A stretch of DNA of 38,650 bases, taken from assembly GCA_014905635.1 (NCBI GenBank), contig JABVCE010000040.1:186001-224650 (forward strand), written 5' to 3'. Shown in pieces: positions 1 through 11,382 of this stretch. The DNA comes from Scenedesmus sp. PABB004. Lineage: Eukaryota. The notes below the pieces were generated by a model. The model was not told the origin of the DNA. It saw only the letters and a program-made list of their open reading frames with translations, and searched no databases. Numbering within the stretch: the first letter of the stretch is position 1; each line of letters opens with the position of its first letter. A program made the position numbers and the translations under genes.

Positions 1-117
1 CCGGCCGCGCGGAGCGGCCCGCGCGCCACCACACAGCAGCGGCAGCGGCGGCGCCTCCTCCTTACGTGCGCGTGCGCCGCGCCCCAACAACCCCCGGCCG
101 GGCCGGCGCCGGAGGCC

Positions 118-3100
118 ATGGAGCCCCTGCTGGACGCGCTGGTGGAGGCGGCGGCCGGCGGCGCGGCGCCGCTAAGCATCGGCGCAGTCGTCGGCTCGCT
201 CGCGGCCGCGTCGGCGGCGCCGCCGGGGGACGCGGGCGCCCTGGACGCGGGCCAGATCGTGCGCGCCCTCCTGCACGCCGCGCCCGCGGACGCCCAGGCC
301 GAGGTGCGCGGCGCCGGGGGCGCTGCCGGGCGCGCCGCTGCTGCCGCGGCAGCAGCGGGCCCAACCGCCGCGCGCCGCCGCGCCGCCGCCGGCAGGCGCT
401 GCTGCTGGAGGTCCAGTCGGCGGCCGCGGTCTACCCCGGCGCGGTGGCGCTGCTGCTGGGCGCGCTGGGCCCGCGCGGCCGGCGCGGCGCGGCCGACGCG
501 CTCGGCGCGCTCGCCGCGGCGCGGCAGGCGCAGTGGGGCAGCGGCGCCGGCGGCGCGCCGTCGCCCTGGGTCGCGGGCCTGCGCCAGCTGGGGCGCTGGG
601 ACGTGCTGCTGCTGCTCGGCCTGCGCGGCCAGCCGCGCTGGGAGTGGGACGCGGGCCTCGTGCTGCTGCAGGGGTTGCGGGACATGGCCAGGCGAGCAGC
701 CGGGGGCGGCGCCGCGCCGCGCCGCCGCCGCCGTCGCCGCGGCCCCTCACGCGCCGCCGCCCCTGGCGCCGCCCGCGCAGCCTGGCGCAGCTCGCCTCGC
801 TGCTCGGTGCGCTGTCGTCGACGTGCCCCGAGGCGGCAGACTGGCTGCTCGGCGTGGGCCTGGCTTGGGCGACGACCGTGCACGTGGACGTCGCGTCCGC
901 CGCGGGGGACGGCCCCGGGTTTGAGCAGGCCGGCGGCTGGCTGCTGAAGGCTGCGGCGATGTCCACGCCCGCCCTCGCGCGCGACGCGCTGGCGCGCACG
1001 CTGGGGCGCCTGGCCGCGGGTGCGCGCGCGCGCGGAGCGGGCGCCCGCCCGCAGCACCGCCGCTGCCACTGGCTCTCACCCCGCCGCCGCCGCCGCCCGC
1101 TGCGGCAGAGGCGAGCCTCAACAGTGCCCTCTGGCCCGTCCTGCAGCACGCCGTGGCGCGCTGCGCGAAGGAGCAGCAGGCGCAGCAGCAGCCGGGACGG
1201 GCGCAGCCCGCCGGCTGCCAGGGCCCGGAGCAGCAGCACGCGTGCGCGCGCGCCGGCGCGAGCGGCGCAGCGGCGGTGTGCGCGCGTGAGCTGCTGGCAG
1301 GCCTGCCCGCGGTGCTGCGGCTGCCGCAGACGGCGCTGGCGCTGCGGTACGTGCACACGATAAGGCCCCTCGCGGGCACCAGCTGCGGCGCCGCGTGCGC
1401 CATGCTGGACACCGCGCGCGCGGCGCTGGCGCAGGGCCCGGCCCGGGGCGAACCGGGCCTGGCGCCTGGCCAGGCGGAGGTCAAGCGGGAGCGCCGCGAG
1501 GCGGAGCTGGAGGGCGCCACGGCGGAGGCGGCGGCCGAGGTGGCGGCGCTCGCGGCCCGGCGGCCGCCGCAGCCGGGGCCGGCGCAGCGGCGCGCGCGCC
1601 ACAGCTGGGGCGTGCAGCAGGATCAGCAGCAGGATCAGCAGCAGGGACAGGCAGCGGGCGTTGCGCTGGCGTCGCCGGCCGGCGCGGCGGCGGAGTCCAC
1701 GCCCGGGGCGGCGGGTGTGCCCCCGGTGCCACAGGGCCTCTCGACGCCCCTGAGCGCGACGGTGCAGGGCACGCCAGCGGCGGGCGCGTCCCCGGCGGCC
1801 TGCAGCCAGCAGCAGAGCCCGCTGGCGCCCGACGCGCCGCACGCACGGCCGCAGCAGCTGCGGGCGCTGCTGGCGCGCGTGGCGCGCTCGTGCTGCGTCG
1901 GCGGCAGCGCGTCGCCATCGGCAGCGGCCGGCGGCGCGGGCGATGCTGCCGCCGACGCGACGCTGGCGGGGCTGGAGCCGGCGGAGCAGACTGCGGTCAC
2001 GCTGGCGGCGGCGGTGCTGCGCCGCGCGCTGCCCTGCGGCGGGCGGGCCTGCCAGGCGCGGCTGGACGCGGCGCTAGGTGGCCTGCTGGCCGAGCTGTCG
2101 CCGGCGGCGCTGCGGCAGCTGGTGGTGCAGGCCAGGCTGGTGCAGGAGCGCTGGACGCGGCGGCAGCAGCAGCAGGAGCAGCATTGCGCGGCCTCCCCCC
2201 GCCCGCCGGCGCTGGGCACGCCCGCCGGCAACGGCGCTGCTGCGCCCGGCCCGGCGCCTGGCGCGACGCCGGCTGCTGTGGGCGGCATCAGCGCCACCAC
2301 GCCCGGTGCGGGCGCCGCTAGCACGCCGTGGGCCGCAGCGACGGCCCGCGGCGCTGGGGCCGGCAGCGCCGGCTGGCCCATGCTGGCCTGCTGGCGCGGC
2401 GTGCTGCTGCAGCGGCTGCAGGAGCAGCTGGCCGCGGCGAGCGCGGGCGCGAGGGGCAGTGCGGCCTGGCGCCAGGGCTGCGTGCCGGTGCTGCTGCAGG
2501 GCCTGCTGGCGACGCTGCCACCAGGGGGGCCGCCCTCCGCGGCAGACTGCAGCGCAGCCTCGCCGGACTGGCGGCAGCCGGCGCAGCAGGCGCCGCTCGA
2601 GCCGAGCGTGTTGCACGCGCTGCGCGAGGTGGTGGCCCAGCTGCAGGAGGCAGGCGATGCGGGCGCTCCGTCGGGCGAGGGCGCCGCGGGCGCCAGGGAC
2701 GCGGCGCGCGCGGCGCTGCTGCAGCAGTCTGTCCTGTGCCCTGTGCTCGCGCTGCTGCTGCAGGACGACTGCGTGGCGCGCGAGCTCTGCTCGGCGGCCG
2801 AGGCAGGCGCAGCGGAGCTGGATGGCGCCGGGCCGCGGCCGTGGCCGGCGCCGGCTGGCGGTGCGGCGCTGCCGCCGCTCGTGCGGCAGCTGGCGCTGCA
2901 GCTGCAGCACCTGCAGGCCGTCGGGCTGCCGAGTGCGCTGCGCGGGCTGCTGGCCGCGCGGGCCGCGGAGGTGGCGCCGGCAGCGGGCGGCGGCGCCGAC
3001 ATGCCCGCCAGCGGCGCGGGCACAGGCGCGGGCAGCGCGCAGCGGCCAGCCCAGCAGTTTTATGTTATGCGCACGCCCCCGGCGAGCGCAGCCACGCCGC

Positions 3101-6100
3101 CGGCGGCGGGCAGGGGCACGGGCGCGGCCGATGCGGCGGCAGCGGCCGCGGCGCTGCCCAGCTGGCTGCTGCAGCAGCCTGCGCTGCCGCTGCCGGCCGC
3201 GCGGCGACTGCTGGACGCGGCTGTGGAGGAGCTGGCGGCACTGGCGCAGGCGCTGGAGCAGCACGCGCCACGGGCAGGCGGCGCTGCAGGGCAGCGAGCG
3301 GCTGGCCCGGTCGGTGCGGCGCTGCGGCGCCGCGCAAGCAGCTGCGGCGCGGGCGGCACGCCGCCTCGCGCCACGCCGCCTCGCGCCACGCCGCCTCGCG
3401 CCGTCAAACCCTGGGCGGCGGCTGCGGCAGCGGCAGCAGGGTTTGGTCGGCCGCAGTGGACCCCCACACCCTCCCCGGAGCTCATGGGCGCGACTGCGGA
3501 GGCCGCAGGGGCCGACCGCCAGCTCGCTGCCGCGTCGCCGGCACCGGCAGGCGGCGCGGCCACTGCGAGCGCCAGCGAGCTCGGTGAGCTCGCGATGCAG
3601 CTGGCGGACGGTGCGCTGTGCGCGGCGGCAGCGGCGGCTCAGTCGGCACAGGCGGCGGCGCAGGAGTCGGCACAGGGCGGTGCTGGCGCGGCCCGCGCGC
3701 TGCTCGAGTGCGGCACGGCCGCGCTGCGGCTGCACCAGGCGCTGTGCGCGGATGCGCTCACCGCCGTGGCGGCGGCACGGGCTGGGCAGCAGGAGCCGGA
3801 CCTGCAGCAGGCGCTGCGCGCGCTGCAGGGCCTGGCCGGGCCGGCGCTCTCCACCGCGGCGCAGCTGCTGTCGGGCTGGGTGCAGCTTTCGCCCGCGTGC
3901 GCGCCTGCGAGCGCGGGCGGCGCAGGCGCCGGCAGCGCCAGCAACGCGGCGTGCTGGCAGGCACTCTGCCCCTACGTCCAGCTGCTGCTCCCGCCGAGCG
4001 CAGCCGCGGGCAGCGTGGAGCTGGGCGGCACACCGGGCGGCGCCCGCGGCCGGGGGGCCGCCGCAAGCGCCTGGGCGCCGCCGGCCCTGGGCTGGGCCGA
4101 GCTGCGGCCGCTGCTCGTCGACCGCATTGGCACCAATCACTGGGCGGCCGTGCAGCGAGTGCAGCGGCAGGAGCCGTTGCTCGCGGCGCTGCTTGCCCTG
4201 CTGGTCAAGGTGCGTGCCCCGGCGTGCCGCTTGCGGCCCCGGCGGGCCGCTTGCGCGCTTGGGCCGCCGCTGCCGGGGGCAGCGGCCTCACCCGTCGTGC
4301 TGCGCGTGGCGCGCCCGCAGGTGCACGCCGCCGCGCGGCGGCAGCGCGAGCAGCCGCCGCCGTTGCCGCCGGACGGCGCGGCGGCGCTTTGCGGGCTGCT
4401 GGAGCAGGTGGCGGCGCTGCGCGGCGTCGCGGCGCGGCTGTATGCGCAGCCGCCACAGGCGCTGGCGGGCGGCGCGCAGAGTGCGCTGCTCGGAGGCCCG
4501 TCGTGGCTGCTGCAGCTGCTGGACACCAACCTTCTCAACCTGGCGCTGGGTGAGCGGGCAGGCGGCGCACGCGGCGCCCGCTGCGCGCTGCTCCCGCGCC
4601 GCGTCGCGCGCCGCCCGCTGCTGAGCGGCGCCGCCGCCTACCCCGTCCCGCGCAGGGCCGGTGCTTGACAGTGAGCTCGCCAGCCGCCCCGGCGCCGTGG
4701 CGGCGCTGGTGCAGCTGCTGGAGGCCAGCGAGTCGTCGGCGCGCACTGCTGATGCCGGCAAGCAGCTGGCGCTGCTTGGCCACCTAATCTGCCTGCACCA
4801 GGGCCCGCGCGTGCACGCGGCGGCCGAGCCGCGGCTGTGGGGCGCGAGGGGCCTCGGCGCGGCGCCCGCGTGGGTGCTGGGCTGCAGCCGGGGCGTGGCG
4901 GCGGACGCCGCGCGGCACGTGCTGCAGGCGCAGCTGCGGGGCGTGCTGCAGCCGGCCGCGGCCGGCGGCGCCGGCGGCTGCGCGGCCGCGCTGTTCGCGC
5001 TCCCGCCCACGGTGGAGGCGGCAAAGCTGTGGCAGGTGCAGGCGACAACGGTGGCGGCGGCGCTGGACTGCTCACAGATGCTGCTGCACCAGCTGGCGGC
5101 GGGGCAGAGGGCGCGCCGCCAGCAGCGCGAGGCGGGCGGCGACGACGCAGGCGACCTGCAGCTGGTGGCCACGGCGCTGGCGGCCTGCCTGGAGGGCCCC
5201 TGCAGCCGGGCTGCCAGCCACGCCGCCGCCCTGCTGGCGTGGCAGCAGGCAGAGCAGGCGCAGCAGGCGCAGCAGCAGCAGCAGTGCCCGCAGGCGCCGA
5301 CTGGTGGCTCGCTGCCGGCGACGGCAGCAGACGCCGCCGCCGCACAGGCCTCCAGGCCGTGCGCCAAGAAGGACAACCGGCGAGCGCAGGGCGCCGACGC
5401 CACCACGCTGGTCACGCAGCGCCTGGCCATGGCGCTGGGCCTGGGCAGCGCCGTGGGCCAGCTGCTCGCGGAGCGCGGGCGGCTGCGGCAGCTGCAGCGC
5501 GACGCGCCGGGCGGCCGCGCGAGCGTGCAGGCGCTGCTGCAGCGGCTGCGGGGCTTTGCGGCGGCCTTCCAGCAGCTCTGCGCCGCGGTGGACGACGCTG
5601 CGGCCGGTGCCGAGGGCGCGGACGGCGGCGGCGCCGACGGCGGCGGCGCAGGCGGCTGCACGGCCGCGGCGCAGCTCGTGTCGCTGCTTGAGCGCGCGGC
5701 GGAGCGCTGCGCCGCGCAGCCGCGGCGCGAGGCGCTCGCCGCCGTGGCGGCCGCGGGCGCGGGCAGCGACGGCGGCGGCAGCGACAGCGGCGACGAGGCC
5801 GGGCCTGCCGCGCCTGCGGCGCCCGCGCCGGACCCGGCCGCTCGCTTCTACGACCCAGAGGTGTGCGAGGACCCCTTTTGGGTGCCCGGGGCCTCGTCGG
5901 ACGAGGAGGCGGCGGCGGCGGAGCAGCAGCAGCAGCGGCCGGCGTGCGTGCTGGGCGCGCTGCAGGCGGCGGCGAAGCGGCAGCGCGGTCCGCCCGAGCA
6001 GCGCGAGGCGCAGGAGGCGCAGGCGCCGCGGCCGCGGCCGCAGGCGGACGCCCAGCCGCCGCCGCGCAAGAGGGGCAGGGCGGCGGCTGGCCCGGCGGGC

Positions 6101-7212
6101 GGCGGGCAGCGCGCGGCGGCGCCGGCCGCCGCCGCGCCGCGGTCGCCACCGTCCGGTGCGGGCGCGCGGCAAGGCGTGGCGGCGTCGCCGGCTGCCACGC
6201 CCCGCGGCGGCGGCACGGCGGCGGCGGCGGTGGCCGCAGCGCGGGCCGCCGCCAGCGGCAGGCTGGCCGCGCAGACCGCGTCGCCGGCGGCGGGCCCGCC
6301 GCAGCAGCCCCAGCGGGCGCTGCCGGCCAAGCCCCGGGACGCGGCGTCGCAGCAGGCGCAGGACCAGCCACAGGGCCGCGGCGCGCGGGCGGAGGGCGCC
6401 AGCGCGCAGGGCCTGCCGTCCGTGGTCTGCCGGGGCGTGGCTGCTGTCTTTGACGCCGCCTCGATGACATTTGTGCTGCCCAGCGGCGTGCGGCTGACCG
6501 GGGCAGAGTTTGAGCGCGCCGCCGGCGCGAGCGCGCAAAAGTGCTGGCGGCGCAGCGTCCACGTCGCGCGCCCGGACGGCAGCAAGGGCGAGACCCTCGG
6601 CGCCTGGCTGGACGCGCGGGGCTGCAGCGCCGCGGCGCCGAGCGCCGAGGCGCCGGGCAGCCCCGCCAAGCGCCGCCGCGTCGAGCCCGGCGGCGCGCCG
6701 CCGACGGCGGCGGCCGGCAGCGGCGCGGCGGACGCGCAGCTGGAGGAGCCGGTGGCGGCGGCGCAGGAGGCGGCGGCGGCACGGCGCAAGCCCGGCCGGC
6801 CGCGCAAGGTGCGCCCCGCCGCGCTGACGGCCGACGAGCTGCGCGCGCTGGCGCGCGACAAGCAGCTGGCGGAGCAGGCGGAGCAGGCGCCGGCAGCGCC
6901 GCGCCCGCGCCCGCGCGGGCGGCCGCCGGGGGCCAGGCCCGCCGCGGCGGGGCGGGGCGCGCAGCCGCCTGCGCCCGCGCCCGCGCCCGCGGCGCCGACG
7001 GGCGCCGGCGGCGACGGGCGCGGCGCGCGCGTGCGCAACGCATACGTGGAGGCCTGCCTCGCGCAGGACGCGGCGCGGCGGCGCGCCGCCGCCGGCAGCG
7101 GCGCGGCGCGGCGCCGCGGCGGCGCCAGCGCCGACGACAGCGCCGACGAGAGCCGCGGCCGGGGCAGCGGCGGGAACAGCAGCGACGGGGGCAGCGGCAG
7201 CGGCGGCGGCGA

Positions 7213-7244
<32 letters not shown>

Positions 7245-7432
7245 GCGGCGGCAGCGACGGCTACTCCGACCTGGAGGACTTCATCGTCGTCGAGCCGGGC
7301 AGGGACGCGGCGTTCTACCGCAGCATGTGCGCCGCCGCGGGCGGCGCGCTCAGCTGGCGGCACCACTGGCGCGGCGCCGGCGCGCGGCGCGGCGGCGGCG
7401 GCGGCGGCGGCGGAGGCGGCGGCCAGGCGTGA
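118..7432 (+). CDS. Large (~2275 aa) hypothetical nuclear protein: long Leu/Ala helical N-terminal region, SAND domain, two AT-hook-like motifs, acidic C-terminal motif
   Basis: ATG in gccATGg context at 118. Inferred exons: 118-303, 396-691, 781-1019, 1109-4209, 4321-4549, 4656-7432 (6828 nt, divisible by 3; phases join ORF-track frames 118, 66, 533, 1153 and 4661). Intron 692-780 is GC-AG. SAND-like segment LPSVVCRGV..LTGAEFERAAGASAQKCWRRSV..GETLGAWL at ~6413-6622. RRKPGRPRK at 6782-6808 and RPRGRPP at 6908-6928. Confidence 0.7.
6413..6622 (+). other. SAND DNA-binding domain within gene 1
   Basis: The pattern V-x-C-x-G ... T-x-x-EFE-x-x-AG-x(4)-K-x-W-x-x-S-[IV] ... TL-x-x-W/L matches the SAND (KDWK-motif) consensus; the core here is KCWRRSV. 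Confidence 0.75.
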
Positions 7433-7602
7433 GCGGCGGCGCTTTTGCTGCAAAAACCCTGAGCGGTTTCAATTCGTGCGCCGCCGCCGCCGCGCGCCCC
7501 ACGCACGGCCAGCGCGCCAGAGCGCAGCCCTCCGCACAGCGTCGTGGGGCGAGGCGCCCCGAGCGCGCCCAGGCGCGCGCGCAGCGGCAGCGGCGGGCGA
7601 CG

Positions 7603-9158
7603 ATGGAGGACGCGCCGTGCGAGCCCGGCGCCGTGGCCTTCGTGGGCGTGGCGTCGCCGGGAGAGAAGGCCGCCTCCGAGCCGCTCGACGCCCCAGCGGG
7701 GACGCTGACGAGCTGGCAGCTCATCGCCGCGATGGCGGCGCGGCGCAGCCGGAGCAGCACGCGCAGCAGCAGCAGCTCGGGCGGCGACGGCGCCGGCCTG
7801 GACCCGGACGACGAGCTCAGCGCCGCGCCCGGAGAGGAGGGGATCTTCACCGGCCTGCGCTCGCGCTCCTTCTACGCCGGCGGCAGCGGCGCCGGCCGCG
7901 GCGCTGCCGGCGTGCCGCACGCGTCGTGCCGCGCGCAGCCGCTGCACCTCCTCTATCGGGACCTCCGCCTGCTCAACGAGCTCGGCGCGGGCGCGTTCGG
8001 GCGCTGCCTCAGGGCCCGCCGCGTGTCCGACGGGCGAGAGGTGGTGGTCAAGGAGCTCAAGATTCACTCCAGCGCGCTCGCCCTCAGCCCCAAGATCGCC
8101 GCCGCGACGCGCGCCGAGGCGCAGGTGCTGGCCGGCCGGCTCGCCGGCCAGGGCGGCGGGCGCGCCTGCCGCGGCCGCCGCGCCGCGACCGCCCGACCTG
8201 AACTGCCGCCCCGCAGGTGCTGGCCAGCCTCTCCCACCCCAACATCGTCAAGTACCTTGACTGCTACGCCGACGACAGCGTCATCAACATCGGTGCGACG
8301 CGGCAGGGGGGGTTTGCTTGCAGGACGGCGCGCCGCGCGCGCGCGCTTGCAGGACGGGCGCCGCGCTCAGGTGCAGGGCGCGGCGCCGGCGCAGTCATGG
8401 AGCTGTGCGACGGTGGCGACCTCGGGGGCTGCTCAAGGCCCGCGGCGGCGCGCCGCTCCCCGAGGCGCACGCCATGTTCATCTTTGCCCAGATCGCCTGC
8501 GCGCTGCACTACGTCCACGCCCAGGTGCGCCCGCACGCCTGTGCGGCGACGCGGCGGCGCTGCGGGGTGTGGCCCCGCGCCCGGGCGCGCGCCGGCGGCG
8601 CGAGCCGAGCTGCGGCGCGAGCCGAGCTGCGGCGCCTGCGAGCGCTCTCGCGCGCGCCCCCTTGCGCCCTTGCTGCGCCCGCCAGGGCATCGTGCACCGG
8701 GACCTCAAGTGCGGCAACGTCATGCTCTCGCGCCCCGCCAGCGCGGCGGCGGCGGCGCCGCCGGCCGGCGCGGCGGGTCCGGCGCCGGGCGGCGGCGCGG
8801 CTTGGCCGCTGGTCAAGCTCGGCGACTTTGGCGTCGCCAAGGTGCCGGCCGGCCGCGGCACCGCCCGGGCAGCTGGCGCGGCGCGCCCGGCCGCGCCGCC
8901 CCTGCGCCCCGTGCGCGGGGCGTGGCCCGCCACCCGCGCCGCGCCTGCGCGTCGCAGGCGGCGGGCGGCGGCGACGCGAGCCTGAACAGCACCGTCGTGG
9001 GCACGCCCGCAAACATCTGTCCCGAGATGATGATGACGAACCAGCCATACGGCCGCAAGTCAGACGTCTGGTGCGCCGCCGGCGCCGCTGCTGCTCGGGC
9101 GTTGGGCTGGCGCGCGCTGCGCGTCCGCACGCCGCCGTGCCGGGCGCCGGGCGCTGAC

Positions 9159-9193
<35 letters not shown>

Positions 9194-10906
9194 GGCAGGG
9201 CGCTCGGCTGCGTGCTGTACGAGCTGGTAGCCCTGAAGAAGCCCTTTGACCCGGACGGCGGCAGCAGCCTGCCCGCCATCTTCGCGCGCATCGCTGCCGG
9301 CACCTTTGCGCCGCTGCCGCCGGGCACGAGCGCCGAGCTGCGCGGCCTCGTCGGCGCGCTGCTGCGGCGCGACCCCCGTGAGCGGCCGACCGCGGCAGAG
9401 GTGCGCGCGCGCCGCGGCCGGCGCCCAGCCGGCGGCGGCCGCCGCCCCACGCCAGGCGGCGGCCCACAGCGCGCGCCGCCGCCACAGGTGCTGGAGATGC
9501 CATTCGTGCGGCTCCACCTGTGCGCCTACCTTGAGTGGGCGCGGGGCGTGTCTGAGGCCCAGCCGGCGGTGCTGCTGGAGAGCCTGGGTGGCACCTGGTC
9601 CCGGGCGGGCTCCGCGGCAGCCAAGGTGGCCGCGGCGGCGGCGGGCGCCGGCGGCAGCGGGGCGTGGCGGCTGCTGCCGCTCGAGTCTGTCGCCGCGAGG
9701 AGCAGCAGCGCCGGCGGCAGCGCGCCCGGCTCCGTCCCGCCCAGCCCTGCCACGCGCGCCAGCGGCGGCGGCTCGCCGTCGCCGGCGAGCGGCTCGGCAT
9801 GCAGCAGCCCGCGCGGCTGCACGCCCTGGGCGGCTGCAGAGCGACCTGGCCCGCCCGCAGCGCACCTGGCGGCGGGCACGGCGGAGCCCGCCGCCGCCCG
9901 GTGCGGCACCGGCGCGTCGCCGCAGCACCGGGAGAGCCGGCTCGGCCCCGGCGCGGCCAGCAGCGTGGCAGCGGGCGGTGTGGCGGCGGCGCCGCCCAGC
10001 CGGGGCGCCAGCGGCATCCCGCCCCAGGCGCCGCCGTGCGGCAGCCCGCGCGCTGCAGCGACGTCGCCATCCGGCGGCGGCGCGGCGGCGGCCACGCTGT
10101 CGCCCCGGCCGAGCCTCAAGCTGGCGGCCGGCGGCAGCGGCGGCGCCTGCATCCACATCACCGCCAGCAGCGGGCGCAGCGGCGTGAGCCGCACAGTCAG
10201 CTTTGAGGACGCACCGGCGGCATGCCTTGCCGCGCGCAGCAGCCCGACGTCGCCCGGGACCAGCCAGCCCCAGCCCCAGCCCGTGAGCCGCCAGGCCTCC
10301 GGTGCGCCCAGCGCGGCGCGCAGCCGGCGCAGCACGGCGAACTACGTGCCGCCCGCCAGCTTGGACCTGTGGCTGGAGGGCGACTGCAGCCTGGGGCAAG
10401 TGCTGGCCGCGCAGCAGCCCGGCGGCAGCCCTGAGGCCAGCAGCGCCTTGCCGGACGACGGGGTGCCAGCTGCAGGGGGCAGCGCGCCGTGCGCACTGGA
10501 GCTGCCGCAGGCCCCCGACCTGGCCGCGGCGTGCGTCGCCGCCGCCTGCCCGCCTGCCGAGGCCGCCGCGCCGCCGGCGCTCGGCGCGAGCACGGGCGGC
10601 GCGGCGCTGGCCGCGGTGGGCGCCGGCGCGGCCGCAGCGCTGGGCGGTGGCGCCGCGGCGGTGCTGGCGGAGCAGCAGGAGATGCTGCGCCTGGTGCGGG
10701 CGCTGAAGGACCGCATGGCAGCTGGGCGGCGGCTGCCGGGCGCCGGTGCGGCGGCGGCCGCCCTGGCTCGCGCGTCGCCGCGGCCGAGCTCCGGCGGCGG
10801 GGCGGGCTCCGGTGGCTTCGGCAGCGCGAGCGGGCTGACGTGCCGCAGCCGGCAGGCGAGCGACGTGCCGCCCGAGGCCACCAAGTGGGCCGGCCACTTC
10901 ATCTGA
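7603..10906 (+). CDS. NIMA-related (NEK-family) Ser/Thr protein kinase with a long low-complexity C-terminal tail; one apparent -1 frameshift
   Basis: Inferred exons: 7603-8124, 8217-8292, 8395-8524, 8686-8841, 8958-9070, 9199-9400, 9488-10906. Motifs GAGAFG, VVVKE, EAQVLASLSHPNIVKY, VMELCDGGDL, HRDLKCGN, VKLGDFGVAK, TVVGTP..CPE, PYGRKSDVWALGCVLYEL..LKKPF, LLRRDPRERPT are NEK-typical. The frame needs one extra G in the G5 run at 8424-8428. Confidence 0.88.
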
Positions 10907-11382
10907 ACCCTGCGCTGCTTCATCTGAACCCTGCCTGGCGCGCGAGAGAGCCCGCGTCCGCCTCTCCGCAGGGGGCCGCACGCGCCGTCACCTGCAGCGC
11001 CGCACTCGCCGCCGCCGCACCTTGCCCCGCGCAACTGCCGGGGTGCACGCGCGCCGAGCGCAACCCTCTCGGCACCAAGAATTGGCCAGGCCCCCCGCCA
11101 GCAATCCACGTCCGCCCCCCACCTCCCCCACGCCACGCCGCGTGGCAGCGGGCAGCTTGAAGTCTCGGTCAGCCCCTCTCCCCCTCCCTGCCCGGTCGCC
11201 CACGACGCACTCGTTTTCAGTCGCCCCGCGCCGCGCACGCTCGCAGCCCGCGCGCGCAGCGCACGCAACGGCCCCGGCGCGCGCCGCCGAGCAGGGACGG
11301 CACGTGAGCAGCGCCGAGCGCACCGGCAGCTCCGGTGGCGCGGCATCAGCTGCTCTCCGCCCTGCCAGGGGCGAGCCCGCGC

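Noticed and set aside
3357..3402. Coding and intronic micro-repeats (PPRAT x3 at 3357-3402, GDS repeats ~7208-7244, 17-mer x2 ~8597-8635, 12-mer x3 ~26494-26530, poly-C 35316-35339)
   Set aside because: These are ordinary slippage repeats in low-complexity regions, with no spacers or terminal structure suggesting function.
7603..10906. NEK (and FAM91A1, kinesin) as pseudogenes, or NEK as a pseudokinase
   Set aside because: The catalytic Lys, alpha-C Glu, HRD and DFG are intact, splice sites are intact and there are no nonsense codons. Only the GTPANICPE segment is mildly divergent.
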